This document shows positions 1-14,794 of a stretch of 64,000 nt of DNA, one piece after another (the stretch's first letter is position 1; the number at the start of each line of letters is the position of its first letter). This DNA comes from the human T2T-CHM13v2.0 reference genome, Homo sapiens. The position numbers and the translations under genes are program-made. Location: assembly GCF_009914755.1 (NCBI RefSeq), contig NC_060927.1; one strand, given 5' to 3'. The notes under the pieces are model-generated. The model was not told the origin of the DNA. It saw only the letters and a list, made by a program, of their open reading frames with translations, and did no database searches.

Positions 1-144
1 ATCTGGCACAAAGTGCCTTCTTTGTGCAAAGTGTACATTCAGTAAATGTTATTTTCTCCTGTGAAAAATATATGTTAGCTAGAAAGCATTTCAGAACCAC
101 AAAATAACTCACCAACTTAAATTCCTGATTCTGTAATTTCTTAG

Positions 145-258
145 GATACACCTCTGTGTTGGGGACAACAGTGTGGGTCTAGAGTTTCCAATGTCTTCCA
201 GGAGTTCTTGGGACCCATCATGAGAAGGAAGTGGTGGAGCATGGAGCATGGAATAAAT
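145..258 (+). other. ZPLD1: Candidate non-coding 5'-UTR exon of ZPLD1
   Basis: Acceptor ttcttag|G at 144/145 and donor AAT|gtgggt at 258/259, 1.5 kb upstream of the ATG exon, whose own acceptor requires an upstream exon. Inferred from splice motifs only. Confidence 0.5.
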
Positions 259-1709
259 GTGGGTGCAGTGGAGTGTATTGCTTATTCAGGCTTCTTTCTT
301 TTCTAGTGTCTTCCAAAGACTCCAAAAGAGCAAGACTGTCTTATTCTAGTTGAAGTATCTTGAGGAGCTAGATAATGATGGCGCAGGTATGGCCAAGAGC
401 TCCTAGGGTCTGGGTCAGCCACTGGTGTGAGCCTTTTGCTTATGGACTGTCACAGGCAATCAGAACTAACTAGGCATATGGCTGTTCTCTCCAAAGTCTT
501 TAGATCTGTGCCCGAGTACTGTGTGATAGTGCCAAAGGAAGGAAGTTCCTGCTGAATTAATATTTTTTTTCAGTCGATTTTTGAGAGTGAGCATGACTTT
601 CTTTCCCACATCCTCACCAAAGTGACTTTATTCACTGTAAACTTGTTATTCTGAAATGATGATTCAAAAGCAAGATGTGTTTCCTTCCTTTTCCTAAAGA
701 CTTGATTAATTATCTAAGGGTAGATTTTTAAGGACAGCTAAAACACCATTTTCCTTCCAAAACCCAAGCTTTTAAAATCCACTAAATTATTTGAGTAAAC
801 CACTTGCAATTTTATTTTCTTTTTGCTTTTTATGCGTAGACCAAGACCACCAACCCAAAAGATTCTTTTCAGTGTACAAACTATGCTCTGAGAATAAGTT
901 AGGTATTCCTGAAAGATGTTTTAACTCTATCAGGCCAATGAATGGGCATCCAGGAAAAAGAATTATTAAACGCAAAACTGACTGGTGTTTAAGTAAAAGT
1001 CCATTTCTATTTAACTGTTCAACCCACACTGATACATTTAAAAAAATCTTCCATTACTTTATCCTAAGAATTCAACGTTTTCTTATGTCTGTATCAGTCC
1101 TTACTACCCACCAAGGAGCAGTTGTGGGAGGAACTGCAATGTTGTTCACACACAGAGTATTTTCCTGTTCTTCCTTTTGCTTTATCACTATGTTTCCTAA
1201 GAAAATGACACACAAACCATTGATTTTGAAAAGTTGCAGTAGTCTGGAATTCTTCTGTTGGGGGAGACTTTTTTCTGTTTTCTGTTAAGGGAAAGTTGTT
1301 ATTTGGTCATTAAGATTATTGAGATTCCTCTTAGAATCAAGTATCCAACATTTAAATTCCTCTGACTATATACTTGTTGGTATTGTAAAAAGTAGACTCA
1401 TCTCCAAATTAGTCTGCCTAGTTATGCTATTCCAATCTGCTAGATACTTGGTTTGCGTTCTTCCTATGCATAATAAAGAAGTTTCCTTTTGTAAACTTTA
1501 TGATTTATACCTTAGCTCTTCTACTATGAAAATCTAGCTTTGTCACCCTTAGCCAACAGGAGGCAATGATGAAAACAATATTGAAATGTTGTAACCCAAA
1601 TATCTGCCTTTACTACCGATAATCCTCAGTTATTTCGTGAGCTTTGGCTGCATGGATGTAAACTGCTTATCCAACAGTGAGCTGAGATCAGCCTCAGTTT
1701 TTCCAGTAA

Positions 1710-1931
<222 letters not shown>

Positions 1932-3419
1932 TGAAGAGCAAGTCATTTAAATATATATGGAGAACGGGGGGCTATCTCTTTACATTAAGTGGATATTAAC
2001 AAATGGCAAATGACAAGACATTTTTCTGGAGCTGTAATTTATATCCATATTAACATACAAAGTGTTCATCATAGTTAATATTATTATAATGGCTGCTCAC
2101 AGATATGAAAAATATTGCCTACTGTGTAAAAAATTGGGAGAGACTAATTTCATTCAAAATTTGTGTCTTTTTTTCTCATAAATTAATTTAGACTTTAAAG
2201 AACTGCTCTTAAATGCTAATATTTATTTAGGAATAATCTTAAGAAAATGATTGTAAAATATTGTACAATACAAAAAAATGCTATTTCAATGAAATGATGA
2301 TTACCACAAAGGACACAGGTGAGCTTCAGAATGAATTTCACAGAAACCCATCAACGTTGTGACAAATACGAGATTTGGCAACATTGATGGGCATGTCCCA
2401 CAGGTTTCTAAAACCTGCATTCAATGATAAGTTACTCAAGGTTTTACCTAGGTATTCATCATTTTATATTAGCTAAAGTAATGGAACCACAGTTCAACAT
2501 TTACAAAATAAATATTAGGTAATTGGAAACAATTTTCCAAGTCTGCCATGCAAATGGAATCTCTTTGGCCGTGGTTTACATTCTCAAAACCTGCCAGTCC
2601 TCCTGTGTTTGGAGCATGCTATGAAACAGCAAACCTGCATAGAGCAATCAGTAGGTAGTTACATAGATAAAGTGCGATTTCTACAACAGAGCCCACATCA
2701 GAAATTGTCTGAATGTCTTCATGAACTTAGACCTAGGATGTAAGTGCTTGGTTTGTTAGTAAAATATGAAGGTCACGGTGGGAATGACCAAAGGAATTCA
2801 AGAAAAATTTGCTAAGGCAGAGTTGTTAATGGCTTTGAATATCAAAAATGAGCTTTTTTTACATTTATTATTATGGAAAACTTCAAACATACAAAAGTAG
2901 AGGTTAGTAGAAAGAGCACTCATATTGATTATCTAGCGTTATCAATTATCAACATTTATAAATTTTGTTTGATCTTTGTCCTTACCACTCCCATCTCTGG
3001 CATATTTAAAATAAATGCATTATTCATGCTTTGGTGTTTATATGTGATGGAAAAGAACTTAAAAATCATTATCCTTTACGTATACGTCTAATAAGCCCAA
3101 CAGTAATTTCTTAATATCATTAAATGCAGCCAAGTTGCTTCTAAAATCTTCACATAGAGTATTTGTTGATATATCTTTTATTTCATTTTGTTTTATAACA
3201 GTTCTCCTCTGTCCTTTGCTTTTACAAAATGCTGTTTATCTCTTTGAGCAGTTTGGTCATTTGTCTTGTAGAGTTCTGACACCGGATTTGGCCAACTGCA
3301 ACTCTGAGGTGTCATTGAACAGGCTCCTTTTTCCTGTCTATCCTGTAAACCAATGAGAGCTAGAAGTTTAAGTAAATTCAAGTCAATTATTTTGGTGAGA
3401 ACATGTGTTATGTAGTGTA

Positions 3420-3960
3420 ATAAAAGTGTTTTCTCTTAATTTTGAATGCAATCAAGAGTCACTGAGTCTTTTTAAACATATCTTTTAAGAGGTTTGATGT
3501 GGTCACATTTTGTTTTAGGAAGAGACATTAGGACAAGTGTGTAAGATAGAATCAAGTTAGAATAGACTAGAGGCAGAGAGAAATATCCTGAAGGCAGTGG
3601 CAGTGGAAGCATTACAAGGGGACAGTTATTAAGAGATATTTTTGTGGTAGACTCAGCAGAAATGGAGAATTGATTTGGTTTGGGAGGTGAGAGAAAGAGA
3701 AGATTAAAGGATGTTTTTAACTGGAACAACTGGATGTTGATGCTGTTAACTGACAAAAAAAACATAGGACACTTGCATGTTTTAGAAAGGAAGTTCAAGT
3801 TTGGAAATGATGGGCTTGAGGCATTTTTAGAATATATAGTGGCAGTTTCTTTTATTCAGTAGTAGGAAATACAGAGCTGGGTCTGAGAAGAAAGATCAAA
3901 ACTGAAGATTGCTGTATGAGAGTTTATTCCCTGTGCAATGGATAAGCAATGAGTAGGGAG
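3420..3960 (-). mobile_element. L2 LINE fragment (ancient)
   Basis: Purine-rich degenerate L2-like text (aagttcaagtttgga..., gggtctgagaagaaagatc). Boundaries approximate. Confidence 0.5.
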
Positions 3961-4031
3961 TAGGAAAATAAAAAGTATGAAAATAGACTACTATTTAGAT
4001 AACTTTTGTGATTGGGGAAAAAAAAAAAAAA

Positions 4032-4100
4032 AAAAGAAAGGAGCAACCTGAGCCAGGAATTGAAAGAAAAGAAAGGAGCAACCTGAGGCAGGAGTTGAAA
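4032..4100 (+). repeat. 35-bp tandem duplication next to an A-run
   Basis: aaaagaaaggagcaacctgag(c/g)cagga(a/g)ttgaaa occurs twice in tandem. Confidence 0.85.
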
Positions 4101-4599
4101 TCAATTCCTGGGACTATAGAGGCCTGAGCATACATGAGTAAAGGGAGAGTATTAAAAAAATGGAAATTCAAATAAAGAATAATTGATGAAATGAGAAAAG
4201 AAAATACCGAAGCAATCAATGGTACAGATGAAGGAGTTAACCTTGGAAAAGTGTAGTTGTTTGTTTGATTTAAGTGAGAAGGAGAGATAAAGCCACAGTT
4301 GGAGAAGGTGAGAGATGCTAATTGTGTTCAGTCCCTCAGTGTAGTGGGAGGCAGTGGCTCTCATCAGAGTCGCTGGCGGCCTGGGAAGGGTGATCAAGCC
4401 ATGACCCTGTTATGGATGGATAAGAAGGCCAAGTAATAAAATGATTGCTCAACAGAGAAGATCTGACTGGTGTGGTAGTTATATACTTGTAAAGGTGAAT
4501 AAGGCATGTTAAAGAGCCATGAAATAACTATGACAGGAAAACGAAGTATTTATCATATGGTGAATTTTTAAAAAATCATGTTAAAAAGTCTGTTTACAA

Positions 4600-4771
4600 T
4601 GGCATCTACTGACCACCTGTATCAAAATCATATGGGCTAGTTGTTAAAAGTGGGGACTCAACTTGTTTCACCTCAAATAAGTGATGTTAGAATCTCTGAA
4701 TGTGGTCTTGGGAATCTGTATCTTAAACCCTGCAGATGAATCTAATGTACATTTATGGTTAAGAACAACTG
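4600..4771. mobile_element. MER5-type hAT-Charlie MITE
   Basis: agaatctctg...gggaatctgtatcttaaa...ggttaagaacaactg resembles the MER5A consensus. Confidence 0.55.
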
Positions 4772-4827
4772 ATAGTGTATTCTATCATTTTCTTGAGCCA
4801 ATTATTCCAATTAAAAGCACAATTATT

Positions 4828-5518
4828 TGTTGTGGAAATATAACTAAAAACAAAATCTTCTCCCAACCTAGAAATCCTCTCTGCCTAGGTAGTAGAGAAA
4901 TAAAAACACTTTTATCATTAAATAAGCATTAAACCAGAATGTGATTCACATCACAGGTAATCAGTAAGAGATTACAAAAACAGAAAGAAACCTCGCCCTT
5001 ATATATAGCCAAGCAGAGACAACTCATTACATATGTTTTCAATATAGACAATAACTAGTCCTCAAGTAAGAGGACTTGACAGGACCATTTGTCACACATA
5101 TGAATCCTCACTTTACCTGGTAAGTAGGGTGACCATCTGTGTTAGCTGATTTGTTTTATCCAGAGGAAAAAGTAACTTCTCATATCTTTATGACAGGAGG
5201 TAATTTTGCAATTTGGAGCAAGGCTCACATCAAAATTAGGCTCCTACCCTAAGCGCAGAAACAGGGACATAAGGCTACCATCTCCCTTGATGTTTACATT
5301 TCAAAGAGATGACTCTCAGATCCTTGAGAAAGACATTCCTGGGTCACAAAGCTTACAAGAATCCTATCTAGTTTTCAAAAGGATTAATACACACTTCAAA
5401 GAGAGGAGAAAGTACTTCTAATTACAAGTTTTCTAAAGTAAATGCTGTCAGAAAAAGGGAGGAAGTCTCCTCCTCTATTTTCAATTATATTTGTGTTTTG
5501 TTTGTATTTTTTCTTACA
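4828..5518 (-). mobile_element. Solo ERV1 (MER4-group, MER67-like) LTR
   Basis: TG...CA termini on the minus strand; internal text (reverse complement gcatttactttagaaaacttgtaatt, tctctttgaaatgtaaacatcaaggg) typical of MER4-group LTRs. Subfamily tentative. Confidence 0.6.
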
Positions 5519-5602
5519 CACATTAGCACTTTAGGTACTATCTGGCTTAGGCAACAAACACCCAAACTTTCCAGACATATATTCATAAACACATACACCC
5601 AT

Positions 5603-5605
<3 letters not shown>

Positions 5606-5647
<42 letters not shown>
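5606..5647 (+). repeat. (CA)n microsatellite
   Basis: About 21 CA units. Confidence 0.95.
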
Positions 5648-5650
<3 letters not shown>

Positions 5651-8600
5651 ACAATTTTAAAATTTGTATTTAAAAAACACTAAATTTGTATTTTAATAAC
5701 ACAAATATTAATAAAATCCAAATAACGCTGAAGTCCCGGGAGAGACTTTATATTTAGATGGGTATTATTTAACCCATTTTTTTGGAGGTTGTTTGCAAAA
5801 AGAAGATCAGAGTGAGCAAATAAAGCCTAAAGATTAATTGCTTACTGCCCTCTTGACTCTCAGTATCTCTTCCACATCACGATCACCCTTGATGTCATCA
5901 GGAGCTCCACAAGCTGCTCGGAGGCTAAGCAATGGGATGGAATGAGAATGAGTCTGGCAAAGGAAAGGGGCTATCTAAATGCAAAGCAATGTTAATAATG
6001 ATGAGAGCAATCATCTCACCCTATGTGACCTTTGCTGTTTCATGACATTAGAACTATTTTCTTTAATTTCCATGGCATTTATCCTGGGACCAAGAGAAGC
6101 ACCATGGTCTAATTCATTTAAATTTAAAGGAATGCCATTTAATTTTAGAGGTGGTTAACTCTTGGTTATCCAAGCTAATAGCAAAAAGCAGACTCATGAA
6201 CCACTAAAATTACAGTTGTGATGATTCTAGAATAAAACTCAAAGTATAGTTGAATTTAGAGTACCAAGGAATTATTTGGTTAAAGTAAAACATACAGATG
6301 AATGTACTTGGCCTTTGTGACTAGTGTATATTTTCCGAAGCCAGGCCCCCTTCTTTGGAAGTATATGAGGATTAGGCTAAACTTTCTGGCCTCTAAAGAA
6401 ATCTTTAATGATAAAGGCACATCCAAAGAGGAAAATGGCCTTATAGCACAATAAACTTTATGGCTTGACACTGTCTTATGGTGAACTAAGTAGTCATGGG
6501 AAACTGAATATGAGTCAGTGTTTCATAACATGTGATTTCGTATTATGCTGTAAATAATACTAATAAGGAAACAAGCAATAAGTTCCATGTTTTGAGTACC
6601 AGGCACCTCACAGAATTCTTTCATTTCTTACAATAAACTTACAAAATCTTTTTAAATACCCCCTTTACAGTAGGAAAACTGAGGATATACATTTGTTAAA
6701 TATTGCAAATCTGCAAATTAATAGAGATTCTTTCCATCAAACAATGATGTCTAAAAATGAAATTTGAATAGTAAGTTTTAAAAATGATGTATGTGTGGAG
6801 ATTCTCAATGGAAATTGCCACGTCTAAGGATCTGAAAAGTCATGTGTTGGGGGAATTTGTTTAGTCTTTTCAAGACCTGCTTGACTAAGGAAATCTTTTA
6901 TTCGGTAATATTTTTAATATTTTAATATTCAATGAACACAAGTGTTCCACAGGAGGTAAAATTGAGAATCAATTATTTAATCAATAGAATTCATGAGTGA
7001 GTTCAGTAAAATGAACTGTCTAATTTTATATTAGGCTTTGCTTAACCATGGCATTTTTCTGTGCCCAAAGACAAAGTAAGAGAGGTTAGTGGAATAGTTA
7101 TCCCAGGGAATATGTTCTGGTTCTCTGTATAGAAAGGAAAGGCCAATTCTCCTTTATTCCTACTTTTTAGTGGTAGTGCTTTGGTCTCCAAGTTGTCAAG
7201 AGGATGCCTGCTTTCCACTTTGCACCTGTGAAAGCAATTACTACAACAGATGAGGCAGAAGAACAGATCCAGGCAGCTATTGCTGATCACATTCTGATTA
7301 ATTTACAATGATAAAGTGCAGTGGAGAAGATAGCAATTAGCAAATTCAATGAGTAATTCAGGGTCCATATTCTCCCATATTTTAATAACAGCATTCTTTA
7401 TTGCATGAATTTTCACTTTTTGTTTTTATAAATAAAACCCATTTGCTTTTTTTGCTGCCTGAAAAAGATGACCAAACTTTTCTGGTTCCAAAGAATGTGG
7501 AGCAGCAAGTGTGATTATAAGTCTGCAAAGTTTGCCTCAGACTGCTTATGAACTTCCTAGAGCACTGGAAACAACAGCTTGCATTTGCTAACGAGAAACA
7601 GATGTTGTGATGAAAGACTGAGGTGGCACAAAACCTGTTCAATATACAGAGGAAACTTGAATTCCTAATCCACTTTAAGTTCTTCATCAGCTGTTGGTAT
7701 TTCGTGTAGATGAAATATCAATACCCCTTTAGGACTTCTAGCTCTTTTAGCACCAAAACCTCAATCTTATATAAAAACTTGGTAAGAGCAAATTTTAACT
7801 TTCAAAAATGAATTAAAACAACATATGTAGCATCTGTTCTCTAGGCAATTTGTAAGCCCATGTAGTGCCAAATATCACCACTCTTGTTTTAGAGATAAAA
7901 GCAGAACTGATATATAAATTATTATTATGGTTTAAAAAGATGGTATAAATTAGTATTGGAATATTTATCGGAGCCCAGGATGTAAATTATTTTCAGGTGA
8001 GATTTTCTACCATGCCACAAAGCACTCTGCAGCATACAGAAAAGTTTTCTCCCACTATATTGAACAGATTGCTGTTTATACTATCAGTTTTAAACCAATA
8101 CTACTTTTAAGTATATGCAAACCAGTACATCAATACTAATGTGATGATATTCACAGGAATCTCTGCATCTGAACCGTACAGAGCCTCCTGCCTGCTCACT
8201 GTGGACTAGCCACTCTACCCCCGTCCTCTCCAGTTGCTTCTGATTCCCCAAGACTGCATGTCACACATGCTCAGGAAAGGTCCACTTAGGTTCTTTGCTC
8301 TGGACTCCTTGACCACAGTGCTACAGGCACCACCACTGCCAGAAATGCTTTTTTATGAAAACACTGCCCCGCTTGGTGTAGCTGCCTTTTGATGTGGACT
8401 GCTCTGCTTCCTCCGGGTATTAAACTGCTATGGTTTACAGAATGAGACAGAGATGGGGGTAAGAGAAGAGGCTGATCCTGTTCCCAATTTTGTTTCACAC
8501 ACTGCCACTGGAGCACTAAAGGAGGCTTACTTAGACTTAGCCTTACCGAGCATTTTATGAGCCTTCTTTCATTGAGATTCAAAACCAGTCAGTTCTTCAG

Positions 8601-8799
8601 ATGAGAGAGGGAGTCAGATGCAGTTCTAACCCCTTCATGATTCTTGTCTCTCTCCCTCCCGTCCCTTTTACAACCAAACTTTTCTCTCTTGTAAGCATGT
8701 AAATCAGACAAATAGATATTTGTTAAGAGGCTTAAACTCACCAGGTGAAATCCACCTATGAGCTATCTTCTGTCCAGTCAAAATACAAAGCTGTGACTT

Positions 8800-8960
8800 A
8801 GCACCTGAATTGACTGAGAAGTTGTAACATCAGCATCACCTGGAGGCTTGTAAGAAATGCCAAAACTCAGGCCCCAGCTCAGATCCACTGAATCAGAATC
8901 TGTATTTTTATAAGATTCTTTGGTGATTCATCTGCACAGTAAAGTATAAGAAGTGCTGGT
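8800..8960. mobile_element. MER5-type MITE
   Basis: catcagcatcacctggaggcttgtaagaaatgc...ccactgaatcagaatctgtatttt. Confidence 0.7.
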
Positions 8961-9699
8961 TAGAACATGGTACCCATGATAGTCTGCTAGCTTTATGTTG
9001 TTACAAAACCACACAGTATTTACACTAGCCCCAGCTGGCCATCATGCACTTGCTTGCTGTTAATAGTAATAGGTATCAACAAACCTATCACTGTTAAAAA
9101 TTCATTTTTAATGGGGTAAGATAACTAGTCACCAAGGCTAATACACTTAAAGAGATAAAATACAAATAAACAAATTGCAATAATCTATTAATTTTATATT
9201 ATTTAATGAGTTGCATTTTCTCAATTTGAAGGTAGACATTAAGGATTTTGATGTTCATTGAAAACTGAAAACAGAGGCATCATCTCAGGCAGTTGGCAGA
9301 ATACAGATAGATGAACATTCAAGATGAACCCATATCAACTGTATACATATTTTGTTTGTAAATGTTGGAACTTGATATTAAAGACTTACACACCATTGAA
9401 ATAAATGTATTTTAATAAATATTTGCTGAGTATTTGTTATACACTCTAGGAAAACCCAGAACACTCTATTAGTTTATAATTTAACAGGAAAGTAAATATC
9501 CACTCTCCGATATAATGTAAGTGAGACAGTAGACCCACAGTTAAAGTGAGATAGGATAGAACATGACGGGATGATTACACTCCATTGGGAAAATTACAGA
9601 AAGGCTCATCAGAGGTCAGCTTTGAAATTATTTTTCTGTTTTAAGTTTATTTCTCTTCTTATCTGAATACTCTCATTGGTAATTTCAGCTATTACTATT

Positions 9700-10230
9700 A
9701 TTATTGATATACTGAATATTTGGTGATTCTCAAATTTGTATTTCTTGTTTTCTGTCCCCAAATATTAGACTCATATTTCCAACTATCTGCTGTACATTTC
9801 TGCTTGAATGTCTCATATGTAACTCAGCCTCTCAAAGACTGAGCTTATCATCTTTCTCCCTGAATTTTTTTATCTTAGGGCATAATCCACCCACTCATCA
9901 AAGCTACAAACCTACACATCAGTGACATCCCTTTTTCTTCATGCAGTCTTCTAATCACTTCCTTATAGAATCTAACCAGTTGGAACTATTTTATTTCTTC
10001 CTAACAATTCCTTTCAAACACCTCTTTGCTACCAAGACAAGTTTGTTTATAATGTTGTTTACAAATCTCTAGTATATCATTATCAGGCTGTATTGTAATT
10101 GCTTACTTTTCTTCTGTCTTCTTTATTCAGTAAGCTCCTTGAAGAAACAGGGTCTTTTGTTAATGTTGTTATCTCAAAGTCTAGCACAGAGACTGGCACA
10201 TGATATGTACACAATAAATGCTTTCCTGAA
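9700..10230 (+). mobile_element. L2 LINE 3' fragment
   Basis: actcatatttccaactatctgctg...ctagcacagagactggcacatgatatgtacacaataaatg resembles the L2 3' end. Confidence 0.6.
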
Positions 10231-10322
10231 ACACGTTGTTGATATGAAGTGGCATGTAGTTTAGATCTTGAAAATAAGTAAAACCAATTGCCTCTAGACT
10301 AGTAGAAAATTTATGGTACTGA

Positions 10323-10646
<324 letters not shown>

Positions 10647-12655
10647 TCCCCATCCTTTTTCTTTTACACTATACACTGACCTCCAGAATTTCGTTTCATA
10701 CAGATGTTTACTTTTTCAGATCAATGATGAAGAAATATCTTGAGTCATTGCACTACAGTGCTGAGTTCCAGCCTACAGCCAAATTTTGGAGTGTTGCCAT
10801 CTTTGTATTGCAGAATACATATGTGCAAATTCTTTGAATAATTTATTAATCTGTACTCATTATTCTATAAAATAACTGGAAAATATTAAGCATTCTGATG
10901 CTAGTGAAGGGAAATGAAGGCTCCAACAGTACTGAGATGAACTGAAAATGATGCAGTCTATCAAAAGCCTCACCATGAGCCTCAGTTGAATGCTGTTAGA
11001 TTTAAGTAAGGTCAGTATAAAATTGTTAAAACAAGAACAAAGTTAGATATATTATTAGATATGTAAATAATACAATGCAAATATATTTTCAGTAATTGTA
11101 TGTAAAGGAAAAGGTGTAATTAAATGTTCTAGGAATAGAACTTTATAGGGGGTAAAGAAGTTGAATGAATCCTTATTTATATATATAGAACTGGATCCAT
11201 ACCTTCTTTACTTCCATTTATATAGTAACCACATTCTATGAACCTCAAATCAGGACACATTTTATACACGGAGAGACAGATGGCTGATAATGTGACAGGA
11301 TATTTAAAATTTGCAAAATTTTAGAAAATCTGAGATACATAAAACCATTGCCCGATAGATGGACGACAGGGTACAGAACATTATTTTTACCCTATTCAGT
11401 TGAATATTCAATTATTGTTAATTTCTATGAAAAGCTTAGCTTGATTAATATCAGGGGAAAAACATTGCTGTTTTGGCAATGTAACTGCACATAAACTCTG
11501 TCTGCAGGCCTGCCATTTGACATACTTAGTATCTTTAAGCATAAAACATTAAAAATCAAACCCCTAAAGATATCTACTCATTAGGTTGTTTAGTAGTCTT
11601 GAACATCATAATTCAGGCCAGGGATTGGACAGTAAAAGGCTTAAAAAGTGTAGCTGTTGAGAGCAACTGTTATTCAGTGACTGAAAAAACTCTCTCTCCT
11701 TTTGGCAGAAATTGCCCTTTGGCAACTTGAGGTATCCTTCTTTTTTCCTTCTCAAAGCCTCACAAATGGTAAAGTTGTGCTGAATGGATGTCTTTAGTAC
11801 CTACAACCAGGAAAAGAATGTGTTTCTCTGAACACTAGTGAAAAGTCCTTAGAAAACTGGGTTAGGAAAGATTTGGACAGATCTCTTTTCTTACACTGCA
11901 GAAAGCCTTTAGTTTGTCATCATATCTTAAAGTGGGATAAGCCTGTAGCAAATTCAGTTTCATTGCAGGAGTTACAAATTGGTTATAGGAAAACAGAAAA
12001 GAGCACTACATCTGGTCACAGTAATCATTTGCCATTTGTTGAGATATTCTAAGCATTAATTAATCCCCTTAAACAGAGCTGAGGAAACTGGTCTTTAGTT
12101 GGTTTATGTTAAGAAGAATGATACCTCTCTTTTGTGACATATTCATTAATAGGTATTCACTTTGGTATACTTATGGTATATCAAGGAGTGCAATGATACT
12201 TGTTCTATTTCACCAAGCATAAAGTGAAGTTGTAGTGAACTCTCTAACAGCTGAGGATTTGATTTGACATCCAGGTAGATGGTATCTTAGGCCATTTTAT
12301 GTATAAAGGTTCCCTGCAATCTCACCTGTGCCTAACACATGTCCTCATTGCCTGCTATTTCCTCTTTTGCATTTTAATTACAAATGGATGGGAACTACCT
12401 GGCTCCCAGCCAGCCTGAGCATATTTCATTATTCACATTTGTCCCCTCTGTGTTATAAAATTTCCACTCCTCTATCTAGCTAACTCCTACTGATACTTCA
12501 AGACTGAGCTAATGCCATCTTCTCCAGGAAGCCATTCCTAACCAGCTGGTCTGGGCAAAGCCGGCCTTCTACGCTACTCCATAGCTCTCCACGCAATCTT
12601 TCTGTCAATGTGGGTCACGCTAATGTGTCTGTCTCCTCTAATGGACTGTAATACA

Positions 12656-13150
12656 CAGGAGTTCCCTTTATCTGCAGTTTCATTTTCATAGTTTCAGTTA
12701 ACTGCAATCAACTGTGTTCAGAAAATACTAAGTGGAAAATTCCATATATAAACAATTCACACATTTTAAAGTGTATGCCGTTATGAGTAGTGTAAAGAAA
12801 TCTCACGCGATTCAGCTCCATCCTGCCCAGGATGTGAGTCATCCCTTTGTCCAGCTTATCCATGGTCCATTATCTACTAGTCACTGGGAGCCATCTTGGT
12901 TATCAGATTGACTGTCTCAGCATTGCATTGCTGTGTTCAAGTAATCCTGATTTTACTTAATAATATTTACTCATAATAATTATTAGCATTATTGTTAATT
13001 TCTTACTGTGCCTAATTTAAAAAATCAACTTTATCATAGGCATGTATATATAGGAAAGAACATACTATATATGTTTCATTATAATCTGTGGTTTCAGGCA
13101 CCCACTGGGAGTCCTGGAATGTATCCCTAGAAGACAAGAGAGGACTCCTG
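12656..13150. mobile_element. MER44 (Tigger7-derived) DNA transposon nested in an L2 3' end
   Basis: Degenerate TIRs (caggagttcccc... / ...aggactcctg), internal ggaaaattcc...aaatctcacgcg...catccctttgtccagc; L2-like text on both sides. Confidence 0.75.
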
Positions 13151-14794
13151 TGCTTGGGAATATGATCACTATGTTTTGAATCCTCAGTGCACTCTGTTGC
13201 TCCAGGACCTTATATGATTAATTAGCTAGTTACTCACTGGAGTACATTGGTTAATATAAAACCTTTCCTGCCTATGGGACTTATAGTTTATTAAGAAAAA
13301 TATACAAATACATATATGATTCTAAGGCAATACGACAGCATAAAACAGAGTGGCATACCTTAGACTTGGGATCAGGTCAAGTATTTGGGTAAATAAAATT
13401 TGAAACCTGAAGAATGAGTAGGAGTTACTTAGGCAAAGCTTTGGGGTAGGCGGAGCATTCCAAACAGAAGAAAGAGCACTGATACATGTACTTTGTGTGT
13501 GTTCCTGTATTATGTTTTTAAAAATGCCGTACTGAGGAATAATTTACATATAATAAGATGTGCCAATCTTCAGGGTACTGCTTGAAATGTTAACACATGT
13601 ACATACTTATATATCCTCCACCCAAATCAAGATAGAGAACATTTTTATCTTTCCCCCAATTGTTCTCGTGCTCCTATTGTAGGCAATTCCACCCCAGGAG
13701 GTAACTACTTTTCTGGTTTCTATCACTCAAGGTGATGCATTTAAAGACATGAAAAATGTTCAGATTCAAATTTAGGAAGCAAGATTCATAGAAGAGAGAG
13801 AGAGAGGGAGGAGCATGCAGAGGTAGGCAGGTAACAGATTATGGAGAGACTTGAGCACCTAGTTCAAGATTTGGTCTTTTGGCCTATGTCAAAAAGTAGC
13901 TGTTGAAAATCTGAGCATGAGGATGACACGACTGGATTAATATATTAACAGCTGTACTAATTGAAGGACATTAAGACTGGAAATAAAGGAACCAGTTAGG
14001 TTCCTGGACTAGTACAATAGTCCAGGGGAGAGATAATGATGTCATGAGCAAAGGAATAGCATGTAGATAGAGAAAAATCAGTAGATTTAAGATATAGTTC
14101 ATAGATACTCATAAACATTTATTAAAATAAACTGTATTATTTTAGAAAAAAGTATCATTTAGAAATTATCTTTGCATTTAAATAGTTAATGTTGCCGAAG
14201 TATGAAGATACTTGATTTTAAGTAGTGTTTATTATTTTCTAGGTTGGCAAAGTATACTTCATAATTAATTCATTATTTTTCCACCAACAAAGGAAATATT
14301 GCGTCGAATTTCCTATAACACCTAGCCGTTTGCCTTTTGGCCATGAAAAAGATTTTTCATCTTTCTTTATAGGTAATTTTAATGAGTTTAAACTTATTAC
14401 AAAACATAGACATTTCCATATTGCTTATTCACATTCCCCAAATATGACTCACTTTGCTAGGAAAAAAACCCAGTATGTATATAGAATAAACACTCTAAAG
14501 AGATAATGCTATTGAACATTTCTACTGTTAAATTAGGACTGAATTATTTAAGCAAATTAATTCTATGCTAAAAAACTTGAATGAAATTTACATACTACTT
14601 AGGTGAACATGCCATCATTCACCAAAAATATGTGTTATTTTGTTTGGTTTTCCTCTTTTGGACAATCAAGGTCATTTCCCCATTGAAAAGCATAATCAGT
14701 TTTTGTTTGTTTCTACATGTTGAAAACTTGAGTCTTGTTTCAGGCTTTTTATCTAATTGGTATAATAAGGTAATAAAAAATGGTAAAGTCACTC

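Noticed and set aside
791-1288. 165-aa ORF upstream of the ATG exon
   Set aside because: TTG start, no recognisable domain, intronic position, no supporting splice structure.
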